Below, in pieces: positions 19,970-31,684 of a stretch of 35,058 nt of DNA. Location: assembly GCA_900088475.1 (NCBI GenBank), contig FLMG01002524.1, forward strand, positions 1 to 35,058, written 5' to 3'. Every line of letters starts with the position of its first letter. Position 1 is the first letter of the stretch. The notes under the pieces are model-generated. The model was given only the letters and a program-made list of their open reading frames with translations, searched no databases and had not been told where the DNA came from. This stretch comes from Hyphochytrium catenoides. Its lineage: Eukaryota > Protista > Hyphochytriomycota. A program made the position numbers and the translations under genes.

Positions 19970-22900
19970 TCAAATAATAGCAGGTGTCGACCCGTCACAG
20001 TCTGGTGGCAGGTCAAAGGCATCCTCATAGCTAAAACGCGCGGAGAAGGGAAGAGCGGAGAATCCTAGCCCTCGCTTTGCAAACCCTTTCCATATATCGC
20101 ATACATTTCTCCCTTCATTGTTGACTCTGTCTGCCTGCAGGATGGCATCTCTTGCCTGGATAAACGTTGGGTTGCAGGGCTGAAGCTTCATACCATCGAC
20201 AATTAGCTGGTTCATCACCGTGTTTCCCTTCCCGCTCCGCGTGTCTTCCCTAACATTCGCTGTATAACCCAGCTTGTCCACGAGGTTCCAATAGACTTCA
20301 TAGAGCATACTCTGCCAGACGCTGCCTCTCTTGTGCGCCTTGGACGGATAGTTCTCTTCCCCCAAGAAAGAGTAAGTTTGCGGGTTGATGGTCATGTTGG
20401 TGGAATAAGGAAAGGGACGAAGGCCTTCCTCTTTCCCTGACACATACTTTCCTAGGACGTAAGAGGCTGTCTCTCTCTTGTCAGAAGCTCTCATCCCTAG
20501 CGTTATCCCAAAGAAATCGCTCCAGCCCTCGTTGAGCCCGGCGCTTTCGTTGAATCTTAGGCAATTGGCGTTGTCCGGGCCTCCCGTCAGCCGTTGAGAG
20601 AGACCGTGCGTCATTTCGTGTATGATGACCCCGTTATCGAAGGCACCATCTCTATAGGGCGTTGTGTTCGTCCATCTAATAGAAGTATAGTTAGTGATGC
20701 TAAACGTAGAACAATTTGAGAAAGAGAGACAGACAGACAGAGGGACAGAGAGAGAGAGAGGGACAGAGAGAGAGGGACAGAGAGAGAGAGAGAGAGACAT
20801 GTATCGTACATAAAGAGTCTCATGCGGGCAGGTTGGCCGTCAGGAGGAGTAGCAAACTTGGCATTGTTCTTTCCTGAACCGTCCTGACAAGTCGCCACCA
20901 CTGGGTCATAGCCCTAACAAAGGATATCAGAAGGGAGGCGAATGAGCTGAAGGCAGAAACGGATAGGCTAGAAAGAGGGAGAGAGAGAGACAGGAAAAAA
21001 AGGAAAGGACTTCTCCCTTGGCACTCAATGCGCGCAAGGGAGTGGAAGTAACAAAACAGTAGTAGAAGAAGCTCTTAATGAGGACTTAGGTTTTCTTCTT
21101 TCTCCTTCCCTCTCTCTCTCTCTNNNNNNNNNNNNNNNNNNNNNNNNNNNNNNNNGCCTCCATTCGGAACCACCTGGAAGTTCCCTGCTGCGGATGTGAA
21201 GCCGTAAGCACTGAACAGATCGTGCATAATGTTGGCGACATAGAACATATTCGTGATCGACGCGTTTCGATACGACGCTGGCTCCTGCGTGAAGTCTATG
21301 GGAAAGTCAAAGGTATAAGAAGGAGACACGGCCGCGAAGATATCGAGAATATCTGCCTCAGAGCCTGAAAGGTTGTCCATGGCCAGCACGTTGTTTCCCT
21401 TGGTGATGCCCTCGGAACCGCGTCCAGAATCGTGCCAGCCCAGATGAGAATAGCGCAGATCCTGAGGGTCTGTCACGAGAGCGAGAGACCCGTCAAGAGG
21501 ATCGTTGAGGCCTTGAAATGCTGGGAGGACGCGGTAGGAGACATTCTTCCTTCCTCCTGCGGTGTCTCCCTGTCTTTCCTCTTCATCGGCCAGCTGGTCT
21601 TTATGCTCTCTTCTCGCGTTACCTTTATCAGCAAAAAGAGGGGACGAAGGAGGAGAAGGTGTCGAAGAGGCTGAAGACGAGGGAGAAGAGGAACGGAGGT
21701 ACGTAAAAGGCTCTGTCTCTTCGTCCTGTCTTCCTCTAGAGCCATGATGGTCGTCCTTTGGCTGGACAGCTCTCTGAAGGATTTCCTGCGTGGAAAGGAA
21801 GTCTCTGTCTCTCTCCTTTAGCGCTGGGTACTCGATGGCGATGGTCCCAACCTCCACTCCGCGCTGGGAGAAAAGAGGGACATCCGAGTGAGAATAGTAG
21901 TCAGAGACAGCAAGCACGGCCCCACTCTCAGCATCTACAAATACATTGAGCCTGTGAAGAGGGGAAGAAATGAAGGTTAGTGAAGGGAAGAGTGTCGGAG
22001 AGAAAGCTCGACAACAGAGAGACGACGATAGCTAAGAAGAAGGAGCTCAGTAAGGAAAGGGAGAAAGACAGTCCACCCTAAGCTAGCGAGAGAAAGAAAA
22101 GCTGGAGCAACTGAGGACACTTAGGCGAGGAACAATGAGAGAGTTGCGGAGAAAGTGAAGATCAGGAGAGAGGAAGGAACAGAGAGAGAGAGAGAGAGAG
22201 AGAGAGACGGGATGTGAGGGAGCGAGAGCCGGAGAAGTCTGGCTTACCAACTGTTGATGAACTCTATCTCCATGCTCCAGACCAGCCGCGTCTCTCTCTC
22301 AGCGGTGTGATAGTACTTTAGACACGCAGAAACATTTCCAAGAGAGAAGGAAGCACCAGAGATCGTCCAGTGAGTATGCACATCGTTGACGATATCTTCC
22401 GTATGAGAAGCCTGCAGTCTCTCTCCTTCCGTAGAGAGAGAAGCGCTTGTAGCAAAGCGAAGAAGAGCCTCAGTTGGAGAGAGAGGGGGAGGAAAGGGCT
22501 TTGTGTCGTTCTCTCCTCCTCTGATGGTATCTTGGAACGTGCTGGACCAGGAAATGACGTTGTTCTCTTTGTCGATTGCGACCTTAAGATATCCGTTTTC
22601 TATGGGGAGACCGTTCAAAAGCTGTCGAAAGTGCGCGTGGAGGACGCCATTATGCTCATCCTCATACTCTGAAGTTATCTTGGCGCCGAGAATGTCCTGT
22701 CCTGTCTCTCTCTCTTTCCCTTGGGATCTCTCTCTTCCCAACGTCTCTTTCTCTTGTCTCCCGTTCGTGTCTCTCGTGTTTGCTTTGTCCCTTCTTTCTT
22801 TTCTGGTCTGGGCTGCTGCTGCGCGCAGTCTCTCTTCCATGAACAGCACTGCTGACTCTGACTGTGTGGAGCCTCGACCAGGAACGAGACAGTCCGTAGA

Positions 22901-23047
22901 AAAGTTTGCAATGGGTTGCCAGTAGGAGACGGCCTGGAAGGTTGTCTTTGCTGTCTGGCCATAGATGGGAGAGAACAGAAGGGAGAGCGCAAAGCAGGAG
23001 ATAGACAGCTGCATGAGCCCGCCTAGGTAGAGGAAGGACAGAGCCAT
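19970..23047 (-). CDS. Secreted fungalysin metallopeptidase (family M36) with FTP/PepSY propeptide; 4 exons
   Basis: Exons: 23047-22248 (TG|gtaag); 21951 to about 21156, with the donor in the N gap (acag|G, giving [19 protein letters not shown]); 20913-20810 (ttag|[36 protein letters not shown]|gtacg); 20675-19970 (ttag|A TGG). Motifs: N-terminal hydrophobic signal, [16 protein letters not shown] (FTP), [44 protein letters not shown] (HExxH), [24 protein letters not shown] and FAKRGLG. Confidence 0.95.
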
Positions 23048-23262
23048 GATGCCCGTCTGACTTTGCTCTGCAGTGCTGCTTTACCAATTGTTTGCTCGTT
23101 TGCAGTCTCTCTCTCTTTGATCTTCGGAGCTGGTCGGCCGAGCCAAATAGAAGAGTTTGAGAAGAAGAAAGAGGTTGTTGCAGCCAGAGACCATGGGCCG
23201 CCGCCTCTTCTTCTCTTGCCGGAGAGCTTTGGCGGCAGGATGAAAATTGTTCACTGCTAGAC

Positions 23263-23269
23263 TTATATA
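23263..23269 (-). promoter_or_regulatory. Candidate TATA box of the fungalysin gene
   Basis: TATATAA on the minus strand about 215 nt upstream of ATG 23047. Position only; no transcript evidence. Confidence 0.25.
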
Positions 23270-24446
23270 GAGGAACCGTTGAAGAAAAGACACGAAGAGA
23301 AGTGATGGATGTTGCGGGTGAAGTTTGCTCATCATCCGGCCGCGCACCTCGCCGTCTGCCATGCGTGTTCCTAGGAACAGAGCATGGAAGAGCTCTGAAA
23401 GGAAGACCTCGACTTGAGAAGAAAGGGGTAGACAAAGTGCTAGGGTATCGAAAAAGAACGGAAGCGAGATAGGGGCAAAGAGAGAGGAAGATGTGAGAAG
23501 AGAGGCAAGAAGAGAGAAGCTGGGGTGCAGCTCAGAGGGCAGTCCACAGCGGTGTGACCTTTGGCTCGTTGCAAAGGATTGTAAATATTCTCAACTGCAC
23601 TACCCCTTTGTCTCTCAGCTCTCCTCTATACTATAGCTCTCACTACTGAAGATGATGAGGTTCACCCCCATTCTCTATCTATCTATCTTTCTGTCTCTCT
23701 CTCTCTCTCTCTCTCCCTCTCCCTCTCTCTCTCTCTCTCTCCCACACCCATAGAGGACGACGTCAGACACCCTACCTCTTATCATGTTCTCTCTTTAGGG
23801 GCTGCCCTCTGCGGCGGTTGGCCCTACTTAGACCCGAGGGGCCAAATGTGGGCGGTGCCCAGCAAAAAACAAGTTGATGAGGAAGAGAAGGGAGCGTGGG
23901 CTGGTAAGGGAGATAAGGAAGCTAAGAGACAAAGGTCAGCGTGCGACGGCGAGACAGAGTCGATTACTTTCAATAGTTAGTAGAGGGATTCACTAGAAAG
24001 AGATATAAGAGGAAGGATAGAACGATAGAACCTCTTGATGGGCAGTCCTTCCCATGAAGCAAGTGAGAGACAGAGTTTAGGTAATCTAAGATTAGGACAA
24101 GAAAAGAGAAAGGGAAGAGAGAGAAAGACTGTCGAAGAGATGTAGCATATGTCTTGCCTGTATAGGCCGTGAAGGGGGGTTTTGGACGCTATTAATCTGG
24201 AATACTTTGATGATTGTTGATTTTATCTATCATAAGAATCACAGGGGGTATACTTTATTACGAATAGCATGGCGAACTCGATTTAGGTAGCTCGAAGGGT
24301 AAAACGGTATCGCAGGTGTTCTACCGGTACTGACTTCCTTGTTGCTGCTCTCTTTTTCTCCTTTTCCTTGTCGCTCTTTCTGCTCTTTCTCTCTATGTTT
24401 CAATTCGTTGTGAGGTGTGACCCTCCCGCCTCGTCGATTGTGTGGA

Positions 24447-24517
24447 TCTCTCTCTCTCTCTCTCCCTCTCTCTCTCTTCTCTCTCTCTCTGTCTCTCTCT
24501 CTCTCTGTCTCTCTCTT

Positions 24518-24552
<35 letters not shown>

Positions 24553-24571
24553 TTCTCTCTTTCCCTCTCTT
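24447..24571. repeat. (CT)n-rich microsatellite
   Basis: Directly visible. Confidence 0.9.
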
Positions 24572-26936
24572 TTTATGGGTCTCTCCGCCTCTCTTACGCA
24601 CACCCACACCCACACAAATAGTGTTGGTGTCTCTCTGTGTCCAGACAAATAGTCTCTCTTTCTCCTATGCCACATTTTTTAAGGGAGGAGTATTCTTGTC
24701 CGTGCTCGCACCCGCCTCCTGCTGCTCTTTGGTATCCTCCTGTCCACATTCCTGTTGTCTGGGTCTTGCTTTACCTGCAACTATGCGCCGCGCACCGGAG
24801 CGTGTTTTCCCCGTGCTCTTTCCTCATTTGTCTTAGTCTCACACCATTATACAGTAACGACATAGCATACCCTGAACTACGATGGGATACTCCTTTGGAG
24901 GAGTTCTACAAAGAACTCGCTCGTCGTTCTCCTCTGTTTTCTCTTCCTCCATCATCTTCAGGATTCAGGAAGCAGCTGCATATTATCCGTCCTCCATCAG
25001 CGTAGAGGAGTGGTAGAGGCCAACTCACACTTCCATCACTTGGTGGTACAGGCACGAGCCTCATCTCATCAGCTGGCTCAACGTGGTAGTCCGAGTACCT
25101 CATATCCGTCATACAAACCACCGGACCGGTCATGATCAATGTTCTTAGCAGAACAGCGTACCAAAGCCAAAGGTTGCCATCGCTAAACTCGATCAATTGG
25201 GTTGGCACCATGAACTGCCATCTGTGCTCCGCGTTGCGAACTTGTGGAGGCAACAGCATCAAGAAGTTCAAAGTTACGGATACAGCCGCAACACCAGTAC
25301 GTTGGCGCTGAGAAAGAGTCAGGGTCGTCCTCGGATAATAAGTGTGAGTACGCTGGCGGCGTGAGTACGCTGGCGGCGCGCGCGAGAGACCTTCCAGGTC
25401 GTAGCCATAGTAGGCCATATGCACTCTCTTAAATAAGCTGCTTCTTCAGTACGAATACCCTCAGTAGTAGAAGCTCTTCTTTTTCTCTTAGATATCAACG
25501 ACGGAGGAAGGGTCAACACTTCCAGATAAGCACTGCCGCAGCGTAGTACTTCAAGCCTTTTAAGCGAATAGACGCGAACGGCTCCCAGTCTAGCAGGAGT
25601 TGGCTAAAGTATGGTCCTGACCGCTATTCGCTCCCGCTGCCTCACAAAGGAGGATGAGGAAGGTGATCACATGATTATTCCGGGCGAGGAACAAGACGCA
25701 GAGCTAGCAGAAGGACGAGGTCCTTGATATCACGGCGGCATAAGGAAATAGTCTTTTGTGCTGAATGCTTCTTCGAACCTTGGTGCCACTCATAGGTCAG
25801 ATTGTTGGCTAACGTCTCTATGGAATCGACTACTATCCAAAAGAGAAGCAAGGGCTGTAACTTCACCACAGACGCCAATAGCATGGAGTCTGCAGTACCA
25901 GACAGTAAGGAGTGATGTCCTCCACCCCTCCTACCATATAGTCAGCCCAGCTGTCCATGTTGTCTTGTCCACTGCCAAGTGCTTAATCAGCAATGCAAGA
26001 AGCGAACTTGATTTTTGAGCCACCGCAACAAGCTGCGCACCACCATCAGTGGTAGCGGTAAGCGGAGAGACATTGTCATTCATTGATGATTGTAGCACAA
26101 CAGTTGCTCTTTATATGTTGCTCAACCCTATTGAACAGCAACTGTGAGGCAACCATCAGTGTTGTCTCCTACAGCTCTCATAGGCACTTAGTGAGTCAAT
26201 CAGGGTTGTCGTGTATCAGGAAGAAGCGACGTAAGGTCCAATGGCATCCCCAAAGCAGCTGCGTGGGGACTATAAAGCCCACTGGCACCCCACAGCGCCT
26301 CTCTGAACGAAGCGCCTACCAAAAAGAAAGCAACCGTCGTTCACGAGTCCATCATCCGTCTAGCCATCGCACACACCTCCTGAAGGCCGCTGGCTCCTTC
26401 TAACTCATGATGCTTGTCCGTGCTCCCTGCCTCAGCCTCGCCCTTCGCTCTCTCATTAGCTAGAGGTAGCCCAAGAAGAACAACTGTCATTCTCTTCACG
26501 GAGACAAGAGAAGAAGAAGATGATGTCAAACCAGCCAAGAGCTATTCCTCTTTGTTGATGGGCATCGTCCATGTCTTTGCCCTTTTGCGCCTTTTGATTC
26601 TGAAGATGATACAGTAAGCACATGATGCAATGGATCAGGAATATGTTCTAGAGAAATGGAAACTTCCCGGGATCTCTATATGTGATATCTGTGATACCTG
26701 GCTTTCCTGGAGGAGGTCTGTGAATCTTGTTAGAAAATGGGGTTCCTTGAAGCGAAAGGAAGAAAGAACAGACAGGAGGTTTTTATCTCAATGTAAGAGA
26801 TATAGAGTAGGCTCAATGATTGAGGTTAAGGGCAATACAGAGTGACTGACGGCGAGAGACAGAGTCATGCGGAGATAGAGTATGAAGGCCTCCCACATCC
26901 ATCACTTTCAGAAGATTTTTCACTCTCTCCCACAAA

Positions 26937-26947
26937 CTCTCTTCCCT

Positions 26948-27023
<76 letters not shown>

Positions 27024-27025
27024 CT

Positions 27026-27068
<43 letters not shown>

Positions 27069-27070
27069 TT
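26937..27070. repeat. (CT)n microsatellite tract upstream of the ABCF gene
   Basis: Directly visible. Confidence 0.9.
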
Positions 27071-27480
27071 CTATCCCGTCTCTATCAACCCACCTCTTTT
27101 CTCTTTCTCTTGGTAGGACCCCTTCCCTCTTCCTCCCAACCTCCACCTCTCTCTCTACGAGTACTTGTTGTCCGCCTCTCTCTCCTTTCCAATCTCTCTC
27201 CTCTCTCGCTCTCTCCGCTCTCTCCCTCTCTCTTTTCTCTCCTACTGTCGTGTATCTCTCTGTCTCTCTGCTGATCAGTCTTCCAAACTCTCAACAACAA
27301 CCTCCGCATTCACCTGGCAAACTCTTGATAAACTCTCTCTCTCTCTCTCTCTCTCCTCTCCCTTACGTATCCTCCTCCATCTTCCAAAAACAGCAAGAGC
27401 GCAAGTGGCAGAAAGTTTCTTCTCTTTCGCTCTCTCTTCCCATCTGAAGCCCAAGAAGAGAGGAAAAGGAGACAAAAAGG

Positions 27481-29279
27481 ATGGCGGAGACAAGCGCTGA
27501 GGTGGTCAATAAAGTGAGGAAAGCAGTGGAGAAGGTCCTGCAGAGCATCGAGGACGAAAACATCCTCGAGTACATTATCAATGTCATTGCAGACTCGCCC
27601 ATCGAGGCGACCAAAGTGGATCATCTTCAGGAGACAGTCGGTCCTTTCCTTCTCTCTGCTGGCTGCGTAGAAGATGACGATCAGGTGGCGGCCAAGTGCA
27701 CGCAGCTGGCCGAAGCGCTAAAGAAAGAAGGCGTAGGAGAGAGAGAAAAGAAGAAGAAAGGGAAAGATGACGGCCCAAGAAAGCTTCACATGGACCGTTC
27801 TCTTGCCGATAGAGCGAAGGATGATGCCTCTCAGGCGGACTGGATGAACTTTATGTGGGGCTTTGACAAAGTGAGGAAGGAGAGAAACACGGAGTATAGC
27901 CTGCAGGACAATAAGAACAGGAAAGAGCAAAGAAGAGCGGCAAAGAAAGAAGCAAAGTCTTCGGTGGCGCAGGAAGAAGATGAAAGCAGCGAAGATGAGG
28001 CACCACCTCTGCCTACCAGTGATGGCAATGGAGAAAAGGTATGCACAGAGAAAGAGAGAGAGAGAGAGAGAGAAGAGAGGCACAAATGGCAGAGAAGAGG
28101 CAGGCTGCGGTGTCCTTCTTCCACGTTCTCAAAGTTGTTCCTTTGTTCTCCATATATCTCGCGTAGAGCACATAGCCTAGGACGCCATTCTTTCTTATCA
28201 TGACTCTCTCCCTCCCCTTGCTTGTCTCTTTCTTTCTTCTTCTTCTGTCTCACTCCCTCTTCTCTTCGTCGATAGCTCTCTCGCTCAGGGTTCAAGCAGC
28301 TTTACTGCTTCCCTACCTCCCTTTCTTTACCTTTCAACTTTCTCTTGGCCATATCTTAGCCGCAGTCTCCCTTTCACCAATTGGCAGTTGATCTTTCTCT
28401 CTAACATCTCCGTCTTTCTCCTTTCTCTCTCTCTGTCTGTCCCTCCCCTTTTCTCTTTCCCTCTCTCTGTCTCTCTCTCTCTTGCCACGGCTTACTCTCT
28501 CTCTCTCTTTCGGTCTCTTCCTCTATCTCTCACTTTCGCGCGCTCCTTCTCTCTTTCATATAGGATGTCCACGTCGAGCGTATCACCATTCAGTACAAGG
28601 GCAACGAGCTCCTCGTGGACGCAGATCTACACCTCGTGCATGGCCACAGATACGGCCTCGTAGGGAGGAACGGCATAGGAAAGACAACGCTTCTGAAGCA
28701 CATCGCGCGGTTTGACATAGAAGGCTTCCCGAGGCATCATAGGATTCTGCACGTCCAGCAAGAGGTACACGCAGACGAGAGAAGCGTTCTCCAGACCACT
28801 CTGGATGCCAATGTAGAGCTTAAGAAGCTGAGAGAACAGGAGAAGAAGATGATGAACGGCGGAGATGGAGATGGAGAGATGCAGATGACTGAACTCTATC
28901 AGAGACTCCAAGATCTGGACAGTGACACGGCAGAGTCAAGAGCAAGAGGAATCCTCACAGGCTTGGGCTTCACTCCTGAGATGCAGGATGCGCCGACCAA
29001 CTCCCTTTCAGGAGGTTGGAGAATGAGGTGAGCAAGCAGCAGCAGGAGAAGGCGTGTCTTTCTCCCTCACTCTCTTCAATCTGTCTCTCTATCTCTCTTC
29101 GGGGTCTGCTCACTTCAGCATTTCCTAGCTTTATTCTTGCAAATGTGCCACTCTTTGCTCCGCTTCTAGCCTGTTTTCGATTCTCTTTCTCTTTTTTTCC
29201 TTCCGCCTTGTTCCTTTTAGATGATCTTCTCATCCCTGCCTTCCATGATTTTCGCTCTTTATCTCTTATCTTAAACTCA

Positions 29280-29316
<37 letters not shown>

Positions 29317-31684
29317 CATCTATGATATCTCTCCCTGACTATCTCCTTTCCTCTTTACCTTAGGGTGGCGATTGCTGCTGCTCTTTTTGTGGAGCCTGAC
29401 ATTCTCATGCTGGATGAGCCGACCAATCACTTAGATCTCGAGGCCGTACTCTGGCTCGAGACGTACCTCCAAAACTATGAGAAAACATTGATGATTGTAT
29501 CTCACGACCGCAAGTTCTTGGACGAGGTGATCACGGATGTGGTCCACTTCTATAACAAGCAACTGGGTTATTATAAGGGAGACTATAGGACGTTCGAAGC
29601 CACACGAGAGGAGAGAATGAAGAACCTGAAGAAGCAGTACGAGGCGCAGATGCAGAAGAGAGCGCACATGCAGGAGTTTATAGACAAGTTTAGATACAAT
29701 GCAAAGAGGGCATCCCTTGTGCAGTCAAGAATAAAGGTGCGTCGCAAAGAGGAAGAGACAGAAACAGGAGAGAGACATTGGAGGAGAACGAGAGATGGAG
29801 ATCTCCAGTTGCCTCTCCTTTTTAAATGGCCACCTGTTAAACCTCTCCTTCATGCGTGTTTTGCTGCTCGAGTTCTTTCGTTCTCTCCTCAAGGCCTACT
29901 GCCTTAGTCAACACCGTCTGACGTGATGTGGGACATACCTCCTCTCTCTCTCTGTCCTGTGCGTCTCTCTCTCTCTCTCTCTCTTCCTCCGGGTCTTGGG
30001 ATCTAGGCTTTAGAAAAGCTTCCGCGCATTGAGGAGCCACATGAAGAGGCAGAGTTCCGCTTCTCTTTCCCTCCTCCGGAGCCGCTGGGGCGTCCCATTA
30101 TTCAAGTTGATAGCGTATCATTCGGCTATCAAGCTGAGAAGCCCATCTTCAAGGACGCAGACTTTGGCATTGATATGGAGAGCAGAATAGGAAGTAAGCG
30201 ACGTCTCTCTCTTCATTTTTTCTTCTTCGTGATGTCTCAAGCTTAGAGTTCTCTCTTCAAGTTATTCTGAACCTCCCTTTGGACCAGATGACCGCATTCC
30301 TGTCCCCTCTTCTAAACATGTTCAGTCTCTTTCTTTCTCTGGCCACATGTCCCGTGGTTTTGTTCTTTCTGTTATGTCCTGCGGCGCTCTCTCTCTGTCT
30401 CTTTTCGTTGAAAACTCAGTTGCCTTCACGACGACAATTCCTTCTTCGTTTCTCTGCCATGATCTCTTCTCTCCTCGGACCTAATACTTTGTTTCTTCTC
30501 TCCAGTTGTTGGGCCTAACGGCGCGGGCAAGTCTACCTTATTGAAGGTTATCTTAGGCATCTTGCAACCTCAAAGTGGGCATGTGAACCGTCACATGAAG
30601 CTTCGAACCGCGTACTTTACACAGCACCACACTGACCAGATCAACCTGGACCTTACCGCGGTGGAGAATATGATGACCAAGTATAGCGGCACCAAGGACG
30701 AGGTAAGATAAAGGGCAAAAGGAAAAGCGAAGAGCCAAGCAAGACATGTCATTAAGCAGCCAGCAAAGTGAAGAGAGCGGGAGAACTAGGAAGACAGAAT
30801 CTCACAGCTGTTCAAGATGGGCAGAATGTTCACAGATAGCCAGGGCTGTTCATGGATGGGCAGGGTTATGGCAGAGACGGCAGAGAGAGAGAGAGAGAAA
30901 AGGAGAAGGAGCTGCTGAATGGGATGAAGAGGACTGAAGCAAATAAGAGCAGTGAACCTCATGGACGAAGGAGAAGTGAAGAGAACAAGAACAAGACACC
31001 AGAGTCTCATGGCTCTTTTCGCTTTTTTCCACTTTGTAGGAGGTCCGCCGTCATCTAGGCCGGTTCGGTGTATCCGGAGATCTAGCAATGAAGCCTTGCA
31101 AGAGTTTATCGGGAGGAGAGAAGAGTCGCGTCGCCTTCGCTATCCTGACCTGGCCCAAACCGCACGTTCTTATTATGGATGAGCCCACCAATCACTTGGA
31201 CATGGGTGAGAGAGAGAGAAATCTCTTTTCTCTTTCCCTATCGCATAGCTGTATCACTAGTCTGTTGGCCTCGCTTTGACTTTTCTCATGTTATTGGGAT
31301 CGCCTACCTCTCTCTCTTATATCTGCGCTTTAGCCCTTTTGAGTCTTCAAAGACTCTTGTCCTCACCGCTCTTCTTGGTCTTCTTTATCCTTCCGTTGTT
31401 ATCTCCACGTCTCCTCCTCCTACCTCTCTCTCTCTCTCTCTCCCTCTTCTGTTTTCTATCGTTTCCGTATTGATGTTTCCTTCTTCTCCCCCTCAGAGAC
31501 TATCGATGCGCTCATCCTTGCCATCCGAGACTTTGCTGGAGGAGTTCTCGTGGTGTCACACGACCAGCATTTCATTGAGAGCTGCACTAACGAGCTCTGG
31601 GTCGTGGACAGCGGAGAAGTGAAGCTCTTCAGAGGACAGTTCAAGGATTATAAGAAGGTGGTCATGACCCAGAAGAAGAAGTAA
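27481..31684 (+). CDS. ABCF3: ABC-F family ATPase, ABCF3/GCN20-like (two NBDs, no TM domain); 7 exons, 710 aa
   Basis: Exons 27481-28038, 28564-29027, 29364-29736, 30007-30193, 30506-30702, 31040-31205 and 31497-31684. All introns are GT-AG with consistent phases (2133 nt total). NBD1: [46 protein letters not shown]. Linker: [28 protein letters not shown]2: [43 protein letters not shown]. The N-terminal [12 protein letters not shown] segment is typical of ABCF3. Confidence 0.95.

Noticed and set aside
22662-23435. 257-aa minus-strand ORF overlapping the fungalysin 5' end
   Set aside because: It is an alternative frame with low-complexity S/R composition and no motif. The fungalysin frame with its signal peptide explains the region.
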